NCBI GenBank assembly: GCA_900617105.1
Contig: UYFQ01000032.1
Span: forward strand, 62,001 to 126,000
DNA: 64,000 nt
Source: Hydrurus foetidus
Taxonomy: Eukaryota
Direction: 5' to 3'
Shown: one piece after another, positions 1 through 10,577 of the stretch
Layout: every line of letters starts with the position of its first letter
How positions within the stretch are numbered: the stretch's first letter is position 1
Translations under genes and position numbers: made by a program
The notes under the pieces: model-generated
Told to the model about the DNA's origin: nothing
Databases searched by the model: none
What the model saw: only the letters and a program-made list of their open reading frames with translations

Positions 1-940
1 GTTGCACTACGGAGACTTGACTGACAGTAGCAACCTCATCCGCATCATCCAACTGGTGCAACCAGACGAAATTTACAACCTGGGTGCCATGAGCCACGTG
101 GCCGTGTCATTCGAGAGCCCCGAGTACACCGCCGACGCCGACGGCATGGGCACGCTGCGCATTCTGGAAGCCATTCGCATACTGGGCCTGGAGAAGAAAA
201 CGCGCTTTTACCAAGCGTCTACCTCCGAGCTGTACGGCCTGGTTCAAGAAATCCCCCAAAAGGAAACCACCCCCTTCTACCCCCGCAGCCCCTACGCCGT
301 GGCCAAGATGTATGCCTACTGGATTACGGTGAACTACCGCGAAGCCTATGGCATTTACGCATGCAACGGCATCTTGTTTAACCACGAAAGCCCGCTGCGC
401 GGCGAGACATTCGTAACCCGCAAAATCACCCGCGCCATCAGTCGCATTGCACTAGGGCTGCAAGACTGCCTGCACCTCGGCAATATGAGCGCCCTGCGCG
501 ATTGGGGCCACGCCCGTGACTATGTGGAAATGCAATGGCTCATGCTGCAGCAAGACCATGCTGAAGACTTCGTCATTGCCACCGGCGTGCAATACAGCGT
601 GCGCCAGTTTGTAGAGTTTGCTGCTGAAGAACTGGGCATCAAACTGGCTTGGACCGGGGAAGGTGAAAACGAAGTTGGCACCGTCGTGTCCGTTACAGGA
701 ACAGATGCCAAATGCAAGATCGGTGATGTGATCGTGAAGGTAGACCCACGCTACTACCGCCCCACCGAAGTTGAAACACTGCTGGGCGACCCCACCAAGG
801 CCAAAGAGAAACTGGGCTGGGTACCAACAACCACTCTTAAAGAACTGGTGGCAGAAATGGTGCAAGCCGACTTCACCAGTGCCAAGCGTGACGCACTAGT
901 CAAGCTGGCAGGGTTCCAGACCTACGACCACCACGAATAA
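1..940 (+). CDS. gmd: GDP-mannose 4,6-dehydratase (5' end outside window)
   Basis: [40 protein letters not shown] motifs. Confidence 0.97.
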   Translation, partial: LHYGDLTDSSNLIRIIQLVQPDEIYNLGAMSHVAVSFESPEYTADADGMGTLRILEAIRILGLEKKTRFYQASTSELYGLVQEIPQKETTPFYPRSPYAVAKMYAYWITVNYREAYGIYACNGILFNHESPLRGETFVTRKITRAISRIALGLQDCLHLGNMSALRDWGHARDYVEMQWLMLQQDHAEDFVIATGVQYSVRQFVEFAAEELGIKLAWTGEGENEVGTVVSVTGTDAKCKIGDVIVKVDPRYYRPTEVETLLGDPTKAKEKLGWVPTTTLKELVAEMVQADFTSAKRDALVKLAGFQTYDHHE

Positions 941-951
941 GCGGCTGGTTT

Positions 952-1908
952 ATGGACAAGAACTCAAAAATCTACGTGGCGGGCCACCGCGGCATGGTGG
1001 GCTCCGCGATCGTGCGGACCCTGCAGGCAAAGGGCTACACCAACCTATTGACGCGCACGCACACTGAACTCGATCTGCTCGACCAGACTGCGGTCAAGAA
1101 TTTTGTAGCTTCTGAACGGCCCGACTACATCTTTATTGCAGCAGCCAAGGTTGGAGGCATTCAGGCCAACAACGTGTACAGAGCCGATTTTCTGTACCAA
1201 AACCTGATGATCGAAGGCAACCTGATACACGCAACCCATGAAGCCAACATCAATCGCCTGCTCTTTTTGGGCTCTAGCTGCATCTATCCCCGTGACTGTG
1301 CACAGCCCATCAAAGAAGAATATTTGTTGACCGGCCCGCTGGAACCGACCAATGAGCCCTACGCGATCGCCAAGATTGCAGGCATCAAACTTTGCGAGTC
1401 CTACAACCGACAGTATGGGCGGCAATATGTCAGCGCCATGCCCACCAACCTATACGGCCCTAACGACAACTACGACCTGAGCAACTCGCACGTGTTACCA
1501 GCATTACTGCGCAAAGCCCATGAAGCCAAGGCACGCGGAGACACGACCCTGACCGTGTGGGGCTCCGGCAAACCCATGCGCGAGTTTTTGCATGTGGACG
1601 ACATGGCCGCGGCATGCGTTTATCTGATGGAGAACGACTCCATAAGCGAGGGCCTGTTCAATGTAGGCACCGGCACAGACGTAACCATCCGCGAGCTGGC
1701 TGAAACCATCATGCAAACGGTAGGTTTTGAAGGCGGCATTGTTTTTGACGCCACCAAACCCGACGGCACACCGCGCAAACTACTTGACGTTTCCCGCCTG
1801 CAAGCACAAGGCTGGCAAGCACAAATCAAGTTGGCCGAAGGCATTGCGCTCACATACGCGGCATATCTACAGGCAACAGACGCAGGCTCCCTCAAAGGGG
1901 CCGCATGA
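952..1908 (+). CDS. fcl: GDP-L-fucose synthase
   Basis: [40 protein letters not shown]; follows gmd. Confidence 0.96.
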   Translation: MDKNSKIYVAGHRGMVGSAIVRTLQAKGYTNLLTRTHTELDLLDQTAVKNFVASERPDYIFIAAAKVGGIQANNVYRADFLYQNLMIEGNLIHATHEANINRLLFLGSSCIYPRDCAQPIKEEYLLTGPLEPTNEPYAIAKIAGIKLCESYNRQYGRQYVSAMPTNLYGPNDNYDLSNSHVLPALLRKAHEAKARGDTTLTVWGSGKPMREFLHVDDMAAACVYLMENDSISEGLFNVGTGTDVTIRELAETIMQTVGFEGGIVFDATKPDGTPRKLLDVSRLQAQGWQAQIKLAEGIALTYAAYLQATDAGSLKGAA

Positions 1909-3224
1909 AAGCAGCCGGCGCGCGCCAGATTGCCACCAGCAGCATTCTGCTACTGGCCGAAAACCTCATTCGGCTACTGGCAGTGGCAGCGGTGTCGTTC
2001 TGGATTGCGCGCCAACTGGGCCCAGGCCAGTTTGGCATCTTGAACTTTGCATCGGCGTTTGCAGCCATTCTCTTGGCTGTGTCTACCTTAGGCATGGACA
2101 CACCCGTGATACTGCGGCTCACCAAAACGCAGGACCCAGGTGCAGTGATGAGCGCGGTATTGATATTGCGAGCAATCGTCAGCGTCGTGGTGTTTATTGC
2201 TGCCGTCCTTATTGCACTTGTGCTGAAGCACGATGATGCAGTGGCATTTACTGTCACCGTCATTGTTAGTTTGGGTATTGTTCTGAATGCACCCACCGTC
2301 TTTGACTATTGGTTTAAAGCAAACACCCATGCGGCGCCTGCAGCATTAGCCCGCATAACTGGCACGCTGCTTTCTGCCGCGGCAAAAGTTGTTTGCCTGT
2401 ATTTAGGATTTGGGGTCGAGGCTTTGGCCTGGACGGTTGCGCTTGAAGCCGCCATTACCGGAATCGCACTAACTATTGCTTACGTCAAATGCGCTCCCAA
2501 ATCATCGCTCGTACGCAAGCGTGGTACTGAAATAAGTTTAATGCGTGAGCTACTTTCAGAGAGTTGGCCCTACATGCTGAGTGTGGCCGCAGTGGTTGCC
2601 TACATGAAGATTGATGTAGTAATACTCGGTTACCTTTCCACCAACGAAGAAACAGGCATCTACAGCTTGGCACAGAAGTTGTCTGAAGTTTTGTACATGG
2701 TACCAGTAGTATTAATAGATAGCCTCTACCCGACATTAACCAAGCATTATCTGAGCACCAATAAGTTAATTAAAGACCAAGGCCAAACACTTTTCGATAT
2801 TGCGGTTGGCATATCCATTATTGCCACTCTAGTTGCAGTGTCTTTGGCATCGATATCTATAACCTTAATCTTTGGGAATGGGTACCAAAGGTCAATAGAT
2901 GTCTTTTATGTCCATGCCTGGAGTTGCATTGCAATAGCTATGAATACCGCACGCCACCGATGGTTGGCAACACTGTCCTTACAGCGCTATATACCTGTCG
3001 TTACGGCCATTGGCCTTCTTATTAACATTGGGCTAAACCTGTATCTCATTCCTCTATACGGTGCAATTGGGGCTGCATATGCCACCTTGATTTCCTATTT
3101 TATTTCTGGATATGCTTGCTCATATCTCTTTGAACCACTCAAGTCGGTTGGTCGTGAGCAAACACGAGCACTGTTCCCTTGGCTAAGGCTGTTTCAGCTT
3201 TATAAAACACGAAGTCACGCATGA
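1905..3224 (+). CDS. wzx: Polysaccharide flippase (Wzx family)
   Basis: Many hydrophobic segments; [38 protein letters not shown] overlap with fcl. Confidence 0.85.
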   Translation: MKAAGARQIATSSILLLAENLIRLLAVAAVSFWIARQLGPGQFGILNFASAFAAILLAVSTLGMDTPVILRLTKTQDPGAVMSAVLILRAIVSVVVFIAAVLIALVLKHDDAVAFTVTVIVSLGIVLNAPTVFDYWFKANTHAAPAALARITGTLLSAAAKVVCLYLGFGVEALAWTVALEAAITGIALTIAYVKCAPKSSLVRKRGTEISLMRELLSESWPYMLSVAAVVAYMKIDVVILGYLSTNEETGIYSLAQKLSEVLYMVPVVLIDSLYPTLTKHYLSTNKLIKDQGQTLFDIAVGISIIATLVAVSLASISITLIFGNGYQRSIDVFYVHAWSCIAIAMNTARHRWLATLSLQRYIPVVTAIGLLINIGLNLYLIPLYGAIGAAYATLISYFISGYACSYLFEPLKSVGREQTRALFPWLRLFQLYKTRSHA

Positions 3225-3889
3225 TCCCCGACCAACTTAAGTGGACACTCATGCGAAGGAGGCACATTGCAAAGTCACTTCTTGGCTTTCATGCCCATCC
3301 TGCTACCTATGCAACGAAGGACAGCATATTTGAAGACTACGTTAGTTTGCATCGCGATACACGTATCTATAGCAGCCACATCGGTAGAGCAACCTATATA
3401 GCAGGAGCAACAGTCTCGAATGCTTCGATAAACAAGTTTTGCAGCATCGGGCCAGGCTCCAGATTAGGGTTAGCAAAGCATCCTATTGATCATCTATCCA
3501 CACACCCGGCCTTCTACTCAGATGGAAACCAAACGAGGTTGAGATTAGTAGAAAATGCCAACGAGTTTGTAGAGACTCATAAACTCAACATCGGCAATGA
3601 CGTCTGGATTGGTGCCGACTGCCTAATAATGAGTGGAATAACTATTGGCGATGGATCTGTAATAGGAGCGGGATCCATAGTTACCAAAGACGTGTTGCCT
3701 TATTCAATTGTGGCTGGAAATCCGGCAAAATTAATTAAGTACCGCTTTGATGCAACCACTATAGCTCTATTGTTGAAACTCCAATGGTGGAATAGATCTG
3801 ACTTGGAGATAAAAAAAATCAACTCTGTAGTTAGCAAATTGGGCTCAATTGACATAAAAGCACTTCAAGATCTCCTGCAATCCGAATAG
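3221..3889 (+). CDS. CatB/Vat-like hexapeptide-repeat O-acetyltransferase
   Basis: STHPAFY, IGNDVWIG, GAGSIVTKDV, AGNPAKLIKYRF, LQWWN. Confidence 0.88.
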   Translation: MIPDQLKWTLMRRRHIAKSLLGFHAHPATYATKDSIFEDYVSLHRDTRIYSSHIGRATYIAGATVSNASINKFCSIGPGSRLGLAKHPIDHLSTHPAFYSDGNQTRLRLVENANEFVETHKLNIGNDVWIGADCLIMSGITIGDGSVIGAGSIVTKDVLPYSIVAGNPAKLIKYRFDATTIALLLKLQWWNRSDLEIKKINSVVSKLGSIDIKALQDLLQSE

Positions 3890-3904
3890 TTCTCTTCAAA
3901 TAAT

Positions 3905-4771
3905 ATGAATAAAGTTCGCTTTTCCGTCGCAACGCCAACAAGAAACTCGCTCGACAAACTCAAGCGGTGTGTTGGGTCAGTTCGTGGGCAAAATGACGTC
4001 ACTGTCGAACACATTATTCAAGATGCCCAGTCTACTGACGGGACACCGGCCTGGCTGGAAAGCCAAAAAGGCTTGCTGGCCATTAGCGAAAAAGATGCGG
4101 GCATGTATGACGCAATCAATAGAGCTTGGGCGCGCGCTTCGGGTGACTTTTTCTCGTGGCTCAATTCAGACGAACAATACCTGCCAGGCACTCTTGCGAA
4201 GGTTCAAACATATTTTGATGCTCACCCTGAGGTTGATATTGTTTTCGGCAACTATATTGTTACGGATCCACATGGTCATCCTGTAGCGTTGCGAAGAGAA
4301 ATTCCATTCCGAAAGTTCTATGTTGCGAATAGCTTTTTAAACATGCAATCGGCAACCATATTTTTCAGAAGAAAACTGTGGGATAGTGGAATACTAAAGA
4401 TCAATAGCAAATATCGATATTCTGCGGATAAAGATTTGATCTTGCGCATAGCTGATGCGGGACATCTTATTCATCATATCCCGGATTATTTATCACTTTT
4501 TGGAATTGATGGAACAAACCTCAGTACGCATCCTCAAATGCATATAGAGTCTGAAGAGATTCGACTTAAATACGGCGCGTTCAATTTTCAACTTCTTAGG
4601 AAAATTCCACTTATTTGCAGAAGAGTTGAACGTCTAATTGCAGGAGCGTATCGTAAGGATATAGTTATTTACGAATATGCAATCAACGAAGAGCCAAAGT
4701 ATAGAATTATTAATAGCCCTCAAATTGGCGGATCATATAATTTAAATGACGTTGCCGCGCCAAAAATCTAA
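3905..4771 (+). CDS. Glycosyltransferase family 2 (WcaE-like)
   Basis: DAQSTDGT, SEKDAGMYDAINR, WLNSD. Confidence 0.9.
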   Translation: MNKVRFSVATPTRNSLDKLKRCVGSVRGQNDVTVEHIIQDAQSTDGTPAWLESQKGLLAISEKDAGMYDAINRAWARASGDFFSWLNSDEQYLPGTLAKVQTYFDAHPEVDIVFGNYIVTDPHGHPVALRREIPFRKFYVANSFLNMQSATIFFRRKLWDSGILKINSKYRYSADKDLILRIADAGHLIHHIPDYLSLFGIDGTNLSTHPQMHIESEEIRLKYGAFNFQLLRKIPLICRRVERLIAGAYRKDIVIYEYAINEEPKYRIINSPQIGGSYNLNDVAAPKI

Positions 4772-4846
4772 AGAATCATTCGTCACAGCAACGCTTAATT
4801 GGCCAATCAACCGATTTCGTCTTCATAATTTCATTAATCTTTTGAT

Positions 4847-6046
4847 ATGCATAAAATGAAACATGAGGGCGTATATTTTTCCGATGCGCCAATCTGGGTT
4901 TCACTACTCCTCGCTTTTTTAATTTCAATTTCCGAAACTATATTCGGCGAGACCCTGAGGAACTCAAACTCTCTAAAGCATCTGCCTTTGATTTTATTCA
5001 TTCCTAGTTTTGCTATTTTCATCTTGGGCAATAAATTCAACAACCGACGTCAACCCAATTTGAATGAAGTAATACGCACTTTATGGCCCTTCATATTATT
5101 AGGGCTTTACGCAACAATTGGATCAGTTTACGCCAAATCCGTATTAGAAATACAGGAAAATTTTCTGGTATTGGGAATTTATTTATTACTAATGCCGGCC
5201 TTCTACAAAATAGGCTACTCATCAAACGTCTTATTTCGAGTAATTCGACCTCTTAAATTTATTTGGAGCAGCGTTGTTTTTATTTCAATTTTAGGTGCGA
5301 TTTACTATTTTAAAAAAGCAGCCGTTTTACATAGTATTGAATTCATAGTCTTACCCCTGCTTATGTTTCTAGTAATGGATCAAAAGAGTACGCGCGGTAA
5401 ATTCATCTTTATCAGCATCTTGATTCTTGCTACTGTATTAACCCAAAAATTGACCGGCTACATCATCGGCATCGCTTCGATACTTTATCTTACAGCACTG
5501 TATTTTGAAAGAATTACACAACCTAAGTGGCGATCTTTTATATTTTCGACATTAATTCCAATAGCATTTGTAAGTACATGCATTATCATGGTATTTGGTT
5601 TTTTCTATTTTAGAGAATATTTACCAACTGGTAATTCGGAAGTTCGTTTGCATCAATATGATCGCGCAATCAACGGGTTTATTGATTCACCTATATGGGG
5701 TCAAGGTTATACGGCCGGCAGTGGTGAAATTTATATAGAAGATCAGCGCATCTTAAATATTCCCACCCATAGTGATTTACTCGACCTGCTTAAACAAGGG
5801 GGGCTAATTGCTTTCATTCTTTGGTTGCTCGGTACACTTAAATGCTTCATGATTTTTCGCCATAATGCCACAAAGATTTCAAAGAATTCTTCTTTTTTCC
5901 ATTGTCTAGTTTTTTTTGAGCTGGCAATTATTTTGACATGCGCGGTAAATCCTTTGTTCTTAACTCCCACATATGCATTTTTGATTTGGGGAATACTCGG
6001 CATTGGCCTTGGCGTTGCTTCCAGTGAGAATAAAAATGAGAAGTAA
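4847..6046 (+). CDS. Wzy/O-antigen ligase-family polymerase
   Basis: Polytopic membrane protein with SPIWGQG...HSDLLDLLKQGGLI loop; locus context. Confidence 0.75.
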   Translation: MHKMKHEGVYFSDAPIWVSLLLAFLISISETIFGETLRNSNSLKHLPLILFIPSFAIFILGNKFNNRRQPNLNEVIRTLWPFILLGLYATIGSVYAKSVLEIQENFLVLGIYLLLMPAFYKIGYSSNVLFRVIRPLKFIWSSVVFISILGAIYYFKKAAVLHSIEFIVLPLLMFLVMDQKSTRGKFIFISILILATVLTQKLTGYIIGIASILYLTALYFERITQPKWRSFIFSTLIPIAFVSTCIIMVFGFFYFREYLPTGNSEVRLHQYDRAINGFIDSPIWGQGYTAGSGEIYIEDQRILNIPTHSDLLDLLKQGGLIAFILWLLGTLKCFMIFRHNATKISKNSSFFHCLVFFELAIILTCAVNPLFLTPTYAFLIWGILGIGLGVASSENKNEK

Positions 6047-7115
6047 AGTCGGTTTTTTTTCATGGCCAAGCAAGTATATTTTTTTAGCTTTCTTGATACC
6101 AACAATAATACTTTTAACATCTACTGAGGCTTTTTCACGAGATATAACCGCTGCCGACTTTCGCGGAAGCAAATTTAGGGGATTTCATATTGAAGGCGTC
6201 AGCAATGGCATCAGATCTGATTCAGATCTAGATGCACTGGCGAGAACGGGCGCAAATCTAGTTCGAATCAGTGTATTTCTACGAAGATGCAATGACTGCA
6301 ATACATACGCTTTATCTGAAAATGATCTAAAGACACTAGACCTGCAAATTAGGGCATTGTCCATGCGCGATATATACACCTACATAGTCTTAAGACCAAA
6401 CGGGGATGAACGAGGGGTATTGTGGTCTTCGCCTGCCTTAAGAAAGTCATTTATAGAACAGTGGAACGCCTTAAGTCAAAGATACAAGAATACTCCCAGC
6501 GTTGCGGCGTTTGATTTATTGAATGAACCCGTTCCGCCAGGCCTAAATTATGATATTCGACAAACCACATGGCTTGACTTCGCCAAAGAAGTCGCGACAT
6601 CTATCCGGTCTTTTGATCCTAGCAGAGTGTTGATTGTTGAGTCAGCCCCAGATGCTACTCCATCATCATTTTCGAATATGCGACCAATACCTCTCGACAA
6701 TGTGGTTTATAGCTTTCATTCATACTCTCCATTTAATTTAACACATCAAGGCGTTTATTCAGGCCTTAATCAAAAACTGACTTACGGTCCATTGAAAAGT
6801 AATGACTTCACAAAAGAGGATCTTTTTAGCCTTTTAAATATAGTCGATAATTTTTCAATTAAATATAATGTGCCAATTATTGTTGGCGAATTTAGCATGG
6901 TCAGATATGCGCCCACCAACAGTGCAATAAATTACCTAAATGATTCGGTGGAGTACTTCGAGACAAAAGGTTGGTCTTGGACCTACCATGATTTCAGAGG
7001 TTGGCCTGGATGGGATTCTGAAATTGACTCGAATTCTCCTAATTTTAATATCCGAACAGATAACGCGCCTGTTATATCAATTCTTCGCAAGAAAATGTTA
7101 GCGATTAGAAAGTAA
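6036..7115 (+). CDS. Secreted glycoside hydrolase family 5 (cellulase superfamily)
   Basis: Hydrophobic N-terminus; GANLVRI, FDLLNEP, YSFHSY, PIIVGEF, WSWTYH; ATG at 6036 overlaps wzy end. Confidence 0.85.
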   Translation: MRSKVGFFSWPSKYIFLAFLIPTIILLTSTEAFSRDITAADFRGSKFRGFHIEGVSNGIRSDSDLDALARTGANLVRISVFLRRCNDCNTYALSENDLKTLDLQIRALSMRDIYTYIVLRPNGDERGVLWSSPALRKSFIEQWNALSQRYKNTPSVAAFDLLNEPVPPGLNYDIRQTTWLDFAKEVATSIRSFDPSRVLIVESAPDATPSSFSNMRPIPLDNVVYSFHSYSPFNLTHQGVYSGLNQKLTYGPLKSNDFTKEDLFSLLNIVDNFSIKYNVPIIVGEFSMVRYAPTNSAINYLNDSVEYFETKGWSWTYHDFRGWPGWDSEIDSNSPNFNIRTDNAPVISILRKKMLAIRK

Positions 7116-7157
7116 TGGAGAATTTTGATTGCTGTTATTAATGACTCTGAGGCATCT

Positions 7158-8243
7158 GTGGGTTTAATCCGAGTACTTCTTGCAATCACGGTCGTGTTTG
7201 CACACTCGCCATGGAACGGCGGAATGGTGTTCGTTGGCCCACGGGTCGCCGTCCAGCTTTTTTACATTACCTCTGGTTTTCTCATATCGTATGTTTTAAC
7301 AGAGAGGAAGGATTATTTAAGCCACTGGAATTTCTATCAGTCGCGATTGATCCGACTGTATCCAATGTATTTGGTAGTAGCGATCATTACTCTCTTTGCG
7401 TTTTGGTTACTCAATCCAGCTTTCTTTTCGCTCTATCGTGCAATTCCAACGTCAGCGGTGATGATGCTTGGTGTTACCAATTTAACCTTGTTCGGGCAAG
7501 ACTGGGTAATGTTTACTGCTGTAAACGGCGATGTTTTCCACTTTTCTACGAATTTCAAACTATCTGAATTTGAATTATGGAAAGGACTCTTGGTTCCACA
7601 AGCTTGGTCATTGGGTGTCGAGTTGAGTTTTTATGCCATGGCGCCCTTTGTTCTACGTAGACGAGTTGCTTTGTTTGTCTTGTTTTTTGCGTCAATACTT
7701 ATTAGAGTTTATTTATTTGCAATCGGCATTGGGGCAACTGATCCTTGGACATATAGATTTTTTCCGACCGAGCTAGCTTTCTTTTTAGTAGGGGCCATAT
7801 CCCATCAGCTATTGCTACCCCTTTATTTAAGACTTGATACCGCCCAGCTAAAATGTGTTAGTCGTACTGCTACTTATGGTTTCTTAATATTTGTTGTTTC
7901 TTACTTTTTGATACCCATAGGCGGAGCGTTTAAGTCTCCAGTTCTTTTTGTGACTTTCGTAACACTACTACCGCTATTTTTCACTTATCAGCGATTTAAT
8001 AGCTTCGATAGATCGGTTGGTGAACTGAGTTACCCGATTTATGTTGGCCACTATTTGGTAATTTTTTTGGTTGAATATTTTTTGACTCCTTATCTCAACC
8101 ATTCTCCCGCGTTAATTTCTTCTTTCAATGTCGTTTTCTCCGTGACTTTTGCGATTCTTCTGAATAGATTCATTGGCATTCCAGTTGAAAAGTTTAGAAC
8201 CCAATGGCGATCAGTGGCTGCGACATCTCACACTTCAAGTTAG
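7158..8243 (+). CDS. Acyltransferase family 3 (OafA-like membrane O-acyltransferase)
   Basis: AVQLFYITSGFLI, RLIRLYP, WSLGVELSFY, GELSYPIYVGH; GTG start after GAGG chosen. Confidence 0.88.
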   Translation: MGLIRVLLAITVVFAHSPWNGGMVFVGPRVAVQLFYITSGFLISYVLTERKDYLSHWNFYQSRLIRLYPMYLVVAIITLFAFWLLNPAFFSLYRAIPTSAVMMLGVTNLTLFGQDWVMFTAVNGDVFHFSTNFKLSEFELWKGLLVPQAWSLGVELSFYAMAPFVLRRRVALFVLFFASILIRVYLFAIGIGATDPWTYRFFPTELAFFLVGAISHQLLLPLYLRLDTAQLKCVSRTATYGFLIFVVSYFLIPIGGAFKSPVLFVTFVTLLPLFFTYQRFNSFDRSVGELSYPIYVGHYLVIFLVEYFLTPYLNHSPALISSFNVVFSVTFAILLNRFIGIPVEKFRTQWRSVAATSHTSS

Positions 8244-8255
8244 AGAATCAATACG

Positions 8256-10577
8256 ATGCGTTTGCTCATCATTCACTCATCGGCCGATTTATATGGTTCT
8301 GACAAATCCCTCTTGGACTTTGTCAGCCATACAGACCATCAAATTACAGTAGCCGTGCCTTGTGATGGCCCCCTAATTGCGGCGTTGCAGGCAGCCGGTG
8401 CAACTGTATTGGTGGGTGATGTTTGCAAAATCCAGCGCGTCATGTTTTCACCCCTTGGTTTTTTGAAGCTGATTGGCGCGGCGTACCGCGCGCAGCGATT
8501 CCTGGGGCGTATTCATCAATCCGCCCAGTTTGACCTGGTGTACTCCAATACCGTGGCTGTGTTGGGTGGCGCTTTGGCGGCACGGTGGTGGGGGGTGCCG
8601 CATGTTTGGCATGTGCGGGAGATCATGTCCAGCTCCGGCACGCTGGCTGCGTGGTTTAGGTTTTGGGTGTCGGCACTATCCACGCAAGTGGTTTGCAACT
8701 CAGGCGAGACGCTGGCCTGGATTAGACCCAAAGGCCCCAAGCACAAATATCACGTGATTTGGAATGGCTTTGATGCAATTGCCAAAGCCGATGACCGGCT
8801 AACCGTGCGTGCTGCCATGGGCGTGGCAGAAGATGAAGTGCTGTTTGTTTTGGTGGGGCGCATCAACCGCTGGAAGGGGCAAAAGCTGTTGGTTCAGGCG
8901 TTTTCGCAGTTGGACACCGCCACGCGGCGCAAATGCAAGCTGGCAATTGTTGGCTCTGCGCCAGACGGGCAGGCGTACTTTGAGGCAGAGCTTGCGCAGT
9001 TCATAGCCGCGTCAGGCTGCGCAGACCGCATAACCGTGTATCCCCACCGGGCCGACATTGACGCCGTGTGGGACGCTGCCGATGTGGCCGTGGTGCCGTC
9101 TACGGAGCCCGAGCCTTTTGGGCGCGTGGCCATTGAGGCTATGGGGTTTGCAAAACCGGTTATTGCCGCTGCACATGGTGGTTTGATAGAAATCGTGCTG
9201 CACGGGGAGACCGGGCTATTGGTACAGCCAAACGACCCTGCCGCTCTATCCGGGGCACTGTCGCAGCTCGCCAATGATGCTGACTTGCGTCACCGGTTAG
9301 GCGCGGCTGGCCAGGCAAGGCAGCGCGAATTTTTTTCGGTGAAAGGGTATGCCGCGCAGCTTGCGCAGCTATTTCGCACCACGGTAGAGGGCCCTGCAAA
9401 AACAATTTTGTTTGTGCATCAATCATCAGAGATGTACGGCTCTGACAAAGTGTTGCTTTGGTTGGTGCTGGGTTTACAGGCGCGGGGGTTTCATGCCATT
9501 GTTTTGCTGCCTACCGATGGGCCACTATCCAATGCATTAAGGGCCGGTGGCATTGAGGTTCACATCAGGGAAGTAACTAAGCTGAACCGTGAAACGCTCT
9601 CTGTCTCAGGTTTATTGAAGCTGCCGGGCGATGTGTACAACTCTATGCGCGAAAAAAATCGAATGTTCGCTGGGCGCAAGATTGATCTGGTGTATTCAAA
9701 CACCTTGGCCGTTTTGGGTGGCGCAATTTACGCGGGGTTCAAGCGCATTCCTCACCTGTGGCATGTGCACGAGCTATTGGAGTCACCCGCGGTTGTACGC
9801 AAGGGTTTTCCGCTGATGGTGCACATGTTGTCTGACAAAGTTGTCTCCAACTCCACCTTGACCACGCAATGGCTGCTGCAACAGCAGCCCGCACTTGCCA
9901 AGAAGACACTAACCATTTGGAATGGCCTGGGCCCACGCCCCGCTGTGAACGAAGCCAAAACCGGCGCGATACGCGCCAGCTTGGGTGTGCAGAACGGGCA
10001 ATTGTTGGTTGCACTGGTTGGGCGGATCAACCGGTGGAAAGGGCAAGAGCTTTTGATTGACACTGCCACCGCTTTGTGGGGGCGCGGTATCAAACATGTG
10101 CACTTTGTAATTGTTGGTGGGGTGGCGCCCGGGCAAGAGCACTTGATTGACGCGTTGAAAGCGCGAATTGCTTCATCGCCCGCCAGTGCGAATATCCACT
10201 TGGTGGATTTCACAGACGATGTGTGGAGCATGTGGGATGCGTGTGACATTGCCGTAGTGCCATCCACAGAGCCGGAGCCGTTTGGCATGGTGGCCATAGA
10301 AGCCATGGCGTCTGGAAAGCCTGTCGTAGTTGCCGCACACGGTGGTTTGCTGGACATCGTAGAAGACGGTGTGTCGGGTTTGCATTTCACACCGGGCAGC
10401 GTTCAGTCGTTTGCACAACAGCTCACCCGATTGATCGACGATCCGGCCCTACGGTCAGAGTTGAGCGCCAATGGTCGCAACCGCCAAGAGCAACTTTTTT
10501 CCCTGAATACGCAATTGGAACGGACCCTGGAATTGATCCACAACATGACCAGCAAGACTAGAGCTAAACATGACTGA
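8256..10577 (+). CDS. Tandem two-module GT4 glycosyltransferase
   Basis: Two repeats of H-S--YGSDK, YSNT-AVLGGA, VGRINRWKGQ, VVPSTEPEPFG-VAIEAM. Confidence 0.9.
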   Translation: MRLLIIHSSADLYGSDKSLLDFVSHTDHQITVAVPCDGPLIAALQAAGATVLVGDVCKIQRVMFSPLGFLKLIGAAYRAQRFLGRIHQSAQFDLVYSNTVAVLGGALAARWWGVPHVWHVREIMSSSGTLAAWFRFWVSALSTQVVCNSGETLAWIRPKGPKHKYHVIWNGFDAIAKADDRLTVRAAMGVAEDEVLFVLVGRINRWKGQKLLVQAFSQLDTATRRKCKLAIVGSAPDGQAYFEAELAQFIAASGCADRITVYPHRADIDAVWDAADVAVVPSTEPEPFGRVAIEAMGFAKPVIAAAHGGLIEIVLHGETGLLVQPNDPAALSGALSQLANDADLRHRLGAAGQARQREFFSVKGYAAQLAQLFRTTVEGPAKTILFVHQSSEMYGSDKVLLWLVLGLQARGFHAIVLLPTDGPLSNALRAGGIEVHIREVTKLNRETLSVSGLLKLPGDVYNSMREKNRMFAGRKIDLVYSNTLAVLGGAIYAGFKRIPHLWHVHELLESPAVVRKGFPLMVHMLSDKVVSNSTLTTQWLLQQQPALAKKTLTIWNGLGPRPAVNEAKTGAIRASLGVQNGQLLVALVGRINRWKGQELLIDTATALWGRGIKHVHFVIVGGVAPGQEHLIDALKARIASSPASANIHLVDFTDDVWSMWDACDIAVVPSTEPEPFGMVAIEAMASGKPVVVAAHGGLLDIVEDGVSGLHFTPGSVQSFAQQLTRLIDDPALRSELSANGRNRQEQLFSLNTQLERTLELIHNMTSKTRAKHD

